Shown piece after piece: positions 55,843-64,000 of a DNA stretch of 64,000 bases. The stretch lies in contig OZ365112.1 in assembly GCA_977030845.1 (NCBI GenBank), forward strand, positions 13,826,001-13,890,000, given 5' to 3'. How positions within the stretch are numbered: position 1 is the first letter of the stretch; each line of letters begins with the position of its first letter. The notes under the pieces were generated by a model that ran no database searches, was not told where the DNA came from, and saw only the letters and a list, made by a program, of their open reading frames with translations. This DNA is from Fimbriosthenelais zetlandica. Lineage: Eukaryota. Both the position numbers and the translations under genes were made by a program.

Positions 55843-55858
55843 CTGTTCCTGTATGTAC
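55843..55858 (-). other. Candidate 16-nt micro-exon
   Basis: On the minus strand: cccttcctctcgttgcttctag|gtacatacaggaacag|gtaatt. Confidence 0.2.
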
Positions 55859-56149
55859 CTAGAAGCAACGAGAGGAAGGGAGCTTTTGGGGAATAGGTGG
55901 GAGGGGGACACATTAGGAAGTTGGTAGAGTGAAGGAAGTTTTAATAGGAGAAGGAAGAGAGTGTCCAGCCCTTGGTTCCGTTGTATTTCACCACTTGCCT
56001 ATTTTTCACCCGCCTCTCAGGCCACCCCCCGAGAGACCCCTGCTCTTGTACCATCCCCCGGTGACAAACACTAAATTCTCATTTAAAAGGTCCTGGGGTC
56101 GAGCCAGCTCGTAAAGCAATGATCCCCACCTCGATTCATCATGCCATAG

Positions 56150-56710
56150 TCGAAGCGACGGACGCTGGCGCTAGATAAAAGGCGCGGGAGGCGGGCGGTG
56201 GGCCTCGGTTTGTCGCCCACTGATCGAAGGCCTATATATCCCTGCCCTGTGGACGCTTTAATGAGCCTTCTACCCACTCTGGAATCAGGAAAAAAGCCTG
56301 AAAAGTGAAACGCCCGAAATCACCACAACACCTGCCCTCTTCCTCTACCCCCAGCCCTCCCCCCTCCCTCCTTCCTCCTCCACGGTGGCATTTTCTTTGT
56401 ACTTTTTCAATCGCCCACCAGACTTTTATGAGCTATTGACAAAGGGCATGGTAATGAATTGAAGGCTGCAAGTTGGCTTGACACATCGCTCCGGACATTG
56501 TCACAGAAGGCTACTTTTGCTGGCCAGCATCTTCTCAAGAACCCCAGGAGGACTCCAGGGGGTCGTACAGGAGGAAGAAGAGGGCGGGGCCGACCCGAGG
56601 TGACACACATTAGTGCGTGTTAGCCCCCCTTTTACTGCAAATACCCGTCCGCCACCAATTCCCATTTCTCCACCCTTTATTTGGCTGACCTTTCCAAAAT
56701 GGCGGCGTCC
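56150..56710. promoter_or_regulatory. CpG/GC-rich promoter-like island with GC boxes and a YY1 site
   Basis: GGGCGG at 56193 and 56582, CAAAATGGCGGC at 56695-56706, and visibly higher CpG density than the flanks. Confidence 0.4.
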
Positions 56711-56796
56711 GAGGCCGTTTCTTGGAGTCTCATTCCCTTCCGGTGGACAGTTTTCCTCACCAAGGAGAGAAGATCGAAGCCTTACCATATTTGGAG
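56699..56796 (+). CDS. Candidate first coding exon, MAASEAVSWSLIPFRWTVFLTKERRSKPYHIW
   Basis: The ATG lies within AAAATGGCGGCG (strong Kozak/YY1 context typical of animal first exons). The frame is open to a possible donor GAG|GTATAG at 56797. No homology recognised. Confidence 0.2.
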
Positions 56797-59700
56797 GTAT
56801 AGTACATATTCATGATCCTTTATTTTCGTTGCCTTGGTGTGTCGCTCCTATCAGCGACGGATTTGTGTGCTGAAAGTTGGGTGATGCCCTCCCTGGTACA
56901 CGATCTGTTTATAGGCGACTTTCTTTGTTGTTTGTGTTTTTTTTACCCAGTCCTTCCCTTGTCCTTTTCAACTCGGCGAACTAAAGACTTACTCCTAGAA
57001 ACATTTCTGTTCTTTCTTTATTCTAGTTTCCCCCTTTTGGTTCTCCACGCTCTTTGAATTATTTAATTTTCTAATTTTTAATCCCCTTCCTTTGTCCTTT
57101 CAATTTGTGATTCACTCTCTTCCACTACTCATAATTTGATCCACCGAAGAGGGAGCAGAAATCAGGAAATATATAAACAACTAGCAATAGGACCTCCTAA
57201 CTAGAAACATGATGGGTTACGACTAGCGTATAATAAAACCAGCGGGGTGGGTGGGGAGATATTACTATATAGATCACCACACAACCTGGGGCCTTATAGC
57301 CTGTCATCATTTCTCAATCCACCCCTGGATTGTTTTGATAGCTCCCCTTTGAATTAACTATAACACATCAAGCCAGGAGGAGGTGGAGGTGGGGAGAGGG
57401 GGGAGACCGGCCAAAGCCAGTGGTCGGTTTATGAAGGCAACTTATAGGCAGGCGAGCAGGCAAAGCTATTTGGAGGGTCTTTCTCTTTATTACCATGCTA
57501 TATTACCATGTAATACTTCAGTAAACGCCTGCTCATTCCATGTGGTGCAATGATAAACTGGGTCAGGCCCGTACACAGCTTCTAAAAGTCAAGACCTTGT
57601 CCCACTTACCTACTTCCTCGGCCTAACTATTCACTCCAGTCCCCCAACAACTATCAACCATTTTAAACGATTTATTTACAAATATGCAACCGGTTTTGAA
57701 ACACTTTTCACCAACCCACCTTCAAAATACACCATTTGATGCCCGGTTTGAAACAGTCGTAATACTACTTGGTATTCGATTGTTTGTTGGTATACACTAT
57801 TTTAGTTTGATATAATATACTTCATCTGAGTATTTTCTAATAGACTGTTGGTTGTGTGAACTCTATCATGCATACATGTACATTCCTCTATATAGGCTTC
57901 TGTAGTGGAACGGAAAAAATAGAGGCTCGCACAATAATCATGATAAATTGGATCTGTCAGAAAGGAGGTCTGCTGCTACATATATTCACCTGAGAATAGT
58001 CACGTAGAAGCCTTGGCAATAATGGAAAAGGGAGGTGCTATTCTTCTCCTCCCTCTACTTTGCCTCGATAATTAGATTGTGGCACAGTATGGATGTAGCA
58101 GATTTTCTAGCATTGCTAGCTGCAATTTTAACCTCCAGTGCTGGGACATTTTACCCATTGAGTGTACTTTTCAAATAACAAATTTTAGGCACGAGACATC
58201 AATTTCAAAATTGAATTAAAAAAAAGAATTTGACTAAAAAGATTTAAATGAAATATTAACAATCTCGATCGACAGTGAGTAATATAGTTGCTTGAAGACC
58301 AGTCCACATTTTTGCAGTCAACTTTTATGTCTTAGAGAAATGTCTTTTCAATCCTACCTTTCATGGTGTTAGTTTTTCGTGTAAAAATCAATGTTTAATT
58401 GTATGTAATTTAAATGTATTTTATGAGATAAATGAGAGGGTATAGAGGCAATTTTGGGTCCAATTTGGCATCTCTGGGAGCCAGATTATCATTCCAATTA
58501 CTAGAGTATAAAGTCGGCCGTTGAACCCGGTCATATCCGTAAACATAGTTTGATGGATGAAATCGTACCAGTGACTCTTTTGCAAGTCATCCCCTAGAAG
58601 GGGTTGTGTCAATGACCAGGAGGTAAACAACCCATTAGAAATATGCAGCAATCCATCTGAGATATGAGTCACCCATCATTGATGTATCGTGTGTGGTGTT
58701 GGGCTTTCAAATCCCAACCTCCCAGTACGGAATAGTTAAAAAAAAATTAAAATGGAATCAGTCACAAAAAACTGACCGACTGTAGGCCTCTTCGGCACAG
58801 GGCATTCACCCCAAACTTGGCATACCTCTTCAGAAGTCATTACTGTTCTTGAAAAAGTACAGAGAAGCCAAGACAAAAAATGTATTCATGGAAAAACATT
58901 CAATTCCATCCCATGAGAGCTCGACCTTTGTGTTAACGAACGGTCGTTGACTCGTATGTACGTGGAGACGGTGCAGTGTGTATACCGGTCTGCATTGACA
59001 GCAGCACCACTCCGGGCACCACTATTGACAAAAAGTCACAAAAAAATCAGTTATCCATACCAAAAATCATGGATATTTAACTGGTATAAGTTGAGAAACC
59101 TATAGGACGATGACCTATGATGATGAAAACCTAAATAAACCGGAAGTTGTTTAGATGATGAATATGAGGAGACTTGGTGGATGTAAACAATTTAGTGAGG
59201 CGTAGGTCAAGGATCCGGTTTAATTTTGCTCGCGATAAGCTCCAAGCCGCTCACCTCCCGGTCATTTAGTGCTTGACTATTTATCCCCCTATTTTCCATT
59301 TAATTGGAAATCAGGGCATCCCAGGCTGGTGAGGAGAGAGTGTGTGAGATGGAAGATAAACGCGTGTCCTTTCTGTACCCGATCTTCCAGGAGCGAGAAA
59401 ACAAGAAAAAAGAAAAAGTAAAGCAAAATAGGGCAAAGGATGAGGTATGGAATGGAAACAACAAGAGACTGGCAGAGGATGAGTAGGTCTGGGAGCAGGA
59501 AGCCAACGGCAAGCTTGTATTTAAACCGTTCAGAATTTTGGATTTAGACCTTCGAACCAGTGGAAAATAAAGCTTAATACTTTAGCTTTATTTGAATTCA
59601 AACAGGTCCAAAAATATCGAATTACCTACTGATATCCCACTGGTAATCGACAAATCCGTAATTTACGGACACATTTAGCCCATATGTATTTATATATTCT

Positions 59701-60392
59701 GCTAGAAATGACCGATTGCAATGTATTATGATAGCCATTGAAATGCCTAGCACACTGCTCAGTGAATTGTAGGCCTTTCACCGCCTGTTATTTCTGCATG
59801 TTATCAGTAACTCCAGCTGGCTAGCTATATAACATTTATTACCAAGTTGGAACACTGCCTTTTTTGTGTTACAACATTCCAATTTCAGAGAGCCAAAAAG
59901 AACTAGCACGTGTAACAAATTTGGTCCATTTGATACCTTTGTGGAGCATTGTAAATTGGCAGGGATGTCCTGCTAGATTTGCCCGCTCCACCAATGACAG
60001 ATTCCTCCCTCCATGATCTGTGTCGTGTTGGGTGACAATGGTGAAGTTTCAATGAACACGAAAACCACAATAGTGACCATGTCTACAGCGTCCAATTATT
60101 CATTGATCTCTCTCTCCCTCTTTCTCTGTCTACTTTTGGTTCAATTATTTTGTTATATTTGCTTTATTTTGCTGCTCCTTGCTACCAACATCTTTAGTAT
60201 CTTGGGCAAATCCAGCTGTTCAATAAATTTTCTGTAATAGTTCCGACATTGAAATCCATGCCATATCAATAAAATTCGATGATAATATTTTTATGAAACT
60301 TTGATGGAGTTTCTTCACAAATACTGATCCGTTTGGTTTTAGCGTTATATTTGTTCACTGCTGTTCTCTTTCATATTTCTCTTGCCTTTTTG

Positions 60393-60461
60393 GAGAGAGA
60401 GAGAGGGGGGGGGGCAGTGTGTGAGAGAGAGAACGAGGAAGGATTTGAGGGGGGGGGGGGG
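60393..60461. repeat. Compound (GA)n and poly-G tract
   Basis: (GA)6 at 60393-60404, G10 at 60405-60414, (GA)5 at 60423-60432 and G13 at 60449-60461. Confidence 0.85.
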
Positions 60462-62509
60462 AGATATAGAGCGATGGTGTGGGCAGAGGTTGCGAGAGAG
60501 AAGGAATGCCTAGCTCGGGTCTGATGTCCCCTGAAGGCCCTCAGCACAGAGGGCCCTGAGAAGGGCCTTCAAACATGGCGTGCTCTCCGTATATATCATC
60601 CTGCGGGTCTTGATATCTGCCCCCTGAGAACGCCAGATAACAGGCCCCGGAGAAGCCATGGAGAAGCTGACTCCCACTCCTATAACTAGGCTTGGGGATA
60701 TAAATGGTGCTGAGGTGGAGATGGTATTAACCTAGGTTCATGCGAGCTGGATTTCGTTTGATGTCCTCCAGCCACTCTCCATGTTGACAGCCAAATTTGT
60801 ATTGAGTCACGTCGACCAATAGCTTTAATTCGGTTGGTGTTGGAAAGATTGAATCCAAAGCAAAATTTGCTGTGATTTTGTTTTGTTTTCTTAATTCCCC
60901 CACAACCGGTCCGATATTTCCCATTGAACATACCCAGATATGAACTCTGAAACAAATTGGGATTGTTGGACATAATCAAATCACATCTGCGAAAAATTAA
61001 GAGTTTCCGCAAAAGGATATTTTCTCGACAATCACGCGAGAATGATATTGATAACAGTGAGTTGGAGTAGTTTCTATCCTGCTGGCCAAGGTCGGCATAT
61101 TAGTATTCTTTTTGTTAGCATGCAATGCTCCCATCCATAATAAACTCTGTGGGAAAAGCTGATAGAGCTATATCTGTGTTAGGAGAGGTCCAGTCTGGTG
61201 CAGGTAAATGAATATGACTGTGTAACCTTCGGGTCCTATGGCGACAATGTGATATCTTTTTCATGGTGGAATTGGTAAAACTATTTTCACCAATATGGCC
61301 TACATTTTCTACATTAAATGTATCGAAAAAGTCCTTTCCTCCATTCTTAGAATAAAATAAATTTTACTCTAAGCTCCATTCATTTCCGAGAACAACTCCT
61401 TTTTTGAAACATCTCCTATTATACTACATCAATTTTTGAAGACGAAAGCCATCCAAAATTTCTAGCAAATACAGTGGAATTGACTTTGGAAACATCTACT
61501 TTAGGAGGAGAAAATCCGAAATAAAAATAAAGTGAGTCTGTGGTTGGTGGATGGTTTTCGCCTGCTTGAGGTGACCTATATATAAATCTAAACTTTGTGG
61601 TTGTAAAATGGTGGTGGTGGGTCAAAAGTGGGTCAGGCGCCCAGGAGGCAGGCGGGGGTGGGGGGTGGTAGAGGTCCCCGGGTCTAATCTATATGGTGTG
61701 GCCTCATTTAGAGCCTCAGGCCACAACATAAAGATATCATGACCATTCAACTTCACTCTGCCAACACTGTGTTGGAAGAAGTTGCCAAAATCTCTGACAT
61801 GAAATGATGTAACAAAGAAATATAAAAAGCTCAATTGGTTGGAAGAACATGCGATATTCTTCGGTACGAAATATAAATAATAAAGGTAACAATAATTATT
61901 TATACTTTATGAAATCTACTCCCCAATTAGAAATTATGTAAAGACAGGAATGGACGGCTTGCATGGAACATCTCGGCACCGCCGTTTCTCCATTATATAT
62001 TCTATTTCCTTTCCTACTTTTCCATTTTTACACGGTCATCTCACTGGGGAATATTTGTAAGTGGGGACAGTGTCCATTCCGCCTGCTTCACGGGCCAATA
62101 GGATGGAGATTGAAGTCGGGATATAACACTTAGACCCAAGTTATAAGGTGACAGTGGCAATTGGGAGGTCAGTTTCCTTCTGGTTGAGACGAGGGCATTT
62201 CCACCCGGAGTAATGGGCCTTGCTTAACCAGACCCAAGCCTTCTCATCTAACTTTGTAATAGCAGGTAAATTAGCCGATCTCGGCCCGAGGTGTCCCTTC
62301 TGCCATTGAAAGGAATTTGCCTCTGCTGGCAAGGTCGTGGAAACGTCCTATAGGCTTGGCCGTACAATTTGCTTCTTATTGTACTGTTCATTCACGCCCT
62401 GAGCCCACCCAATATCCTGGGTATTAGCTGGGCCTTGGAAGCTTTGGGGGAAAAACGAAAGGCAGGGGCTGGGAGTACATATATGGATGGGAGAAATAAT
62501 ATGGTTGTG

Positions 62510-62618
62510 GGGGAGGGGGAGAAGGAAGGGAAGGGCGAGGCATGGAAGGAATAGAGGAAGGTGAAGGAAAGAAGGATTAGAAAGGTGAAGGAAGGAAGAT
62601 GATTTGAAGATGAGGGAG
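62510..62618. repeat. Degenerate (GAAG/GGAA)n polypurine tract
   Basis: Strongly purine-skewed plus strand. aaggtgaaggaa is repeated at 62558 and 62582. Confidence 0.6.
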
Positions 62619-64000
62619 TGACTTGCGATATGCAGTAACTAATTAAAGAACAATTATAATAAAGAAAATAGGTTGCGATTGGAACCATAGGTACAAGGGA
62701 GAAGAAACGTTAGTATAGGCAATGGTAGGATTGGAGGGGAATAAATGATAGAAGAAAGATGAATGGAATATCCTGGGAATTGGAAGGCACACATTTGCCC
62801 TCCAGATGTGACCTTGGATCTTTGTTTGGCTGTGATGCATTATCTGATCATTTGGACCTGGAGTTCGTTTCCGGTTCCCTAGACCGGAATTAAATCCATC
62901 TATCAGGTGAAGCAATAAGAGAAATCCCCGAGAAAATCAGATGGGGATTTACAGTAAACCTGGGACCCTCACGGTTTTGTTGTGGGTATATATGTAGGTC
63001 TCTATACATATGAAGGTATACTTCAATATTATCTCACCATTTTTATACATTTATATTTTCAATTATTATCAAAGAGTGCATCATGGGAGAGCAATGGCTG
63101 ACTTCAAAATCTGAAGGTCATTTAGACATGACCATTTTGACCTGGCTCTGCTGCTGAGTGGAGCTGGAGGAGGCAGTCCTATATTGCATTAAGGTTGACC
63201 ATTGACGAATGGAGGGGGAAGCTTTTACATGCAGGTGCCAACATATCGCCTTTACCTACATACATCCATACTCCACCATGCGGGCTCAGCCGACCCCAGC
63301 GCTTAAACCATCCAATAAACAAGCCATCCCACCCCCGATCCTCACCAAAGCCAGCGATTTACACCCGTCTCTGAAATATTGATTTAAAACCTTGCCACTA
63401 ACCCTCCCCACCACCACCCTCCCCCACCCCCGCCTTGCCTCCAGCTCCTTCGTCCATCTATCAGAGAGCGACGAATGGTCGGTCGATCGCCGTTAAATTA
63501 CTGCCTAGCAATGCCTGAAAATAATGATACACGTCCGATTTGTAATCGATCGAAATCTTTCAATATTCACTTGCGGATTAATCGCGCGAACGGAAACAAA
63601 CGACGTGGATGCACACTTTGGACAGGGTGAAAATTATTTCTCTGATTGTAAATATCGCCTGTCTCTTTGTGATCTATGCAATGACAAATGAATGAGTCTT
63701 CACTCGGCCTCCCGCGCTCCCAAAGGGTAATCGACGGTTGACCTTGGGGTCGAAAAAATTGATTGTTTACAATGGTAAGTTGTCATATAAAGAACAGGCT
63801 TCCATAAATTGTGACATAAAAAGTATGTGTTAGGTTCATGCCATAAAAAAGATTCATTATTGCTTTGCATACTACTATGGCGGCCTCCCGTGTTTACAAA
63901 CATGGTGTCGCAATATTTATATTAGACGAGAAAAGAAAGAAAATATCTTCTAATTCTTTCTGAAAACAACTTGAAACATCCTAAATGACGTATTAATATG

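Noticed and set aside
1-64000. CRISPR array, prokaryotic or phage defence system, retroelement or telomeric array
   Set aside because: I found no regularly spaced direct repeats with unique spacers, no gene-dense ORF organisation, no RT/integrase/transposase ORF and no (TTAGGG)n run.

Overview
This 64-kb window is AT-rich (roughly 60% AT by eye) and reads as metazoan non-coding DNA. No six-frame ORF exceeds 138 aa and none resembles a protein I recognise. I found no rRNA, intact tRNA, CRISPR array, operon structure or autonomous transposon. The best-supported structures are a 129-bp near-perfect fold-back element flanked by TAA/TAA (7855-7983, PIF/Harbinger-type MITE) and a diverged 66-bp tandem duplication (18814-18952). 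There are also short microsatellites and purine/pyrimidine tracts. The palindromes TACATGTA (at least 15 copies) and TAGGCCTA (at least 6) are over-represented, which I associate with marine-invertebrate, echinoderm-like genomes (inference). Animal promoter motifs are unusually frequent: 11 YY1-type AANATGGCG, 3 near-identical RFX X-boxes, 3 E-box/CCAAT pairs, a 7-site GATA cluster, and CRE/ETS/GC-box/CTCF-like sites. Several short exon-shaped cassettes are present, but I cannot assemble a convincing gene. I see no evidence for a new multi-gene system. The mix of many promoter-like modules, few long repeats and no coding exons also leaves open that the window is partly non-natural (shuffled or model-generated), which a database search would settle. 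All expected counts are rough hand estimates assuming about 62% AT.
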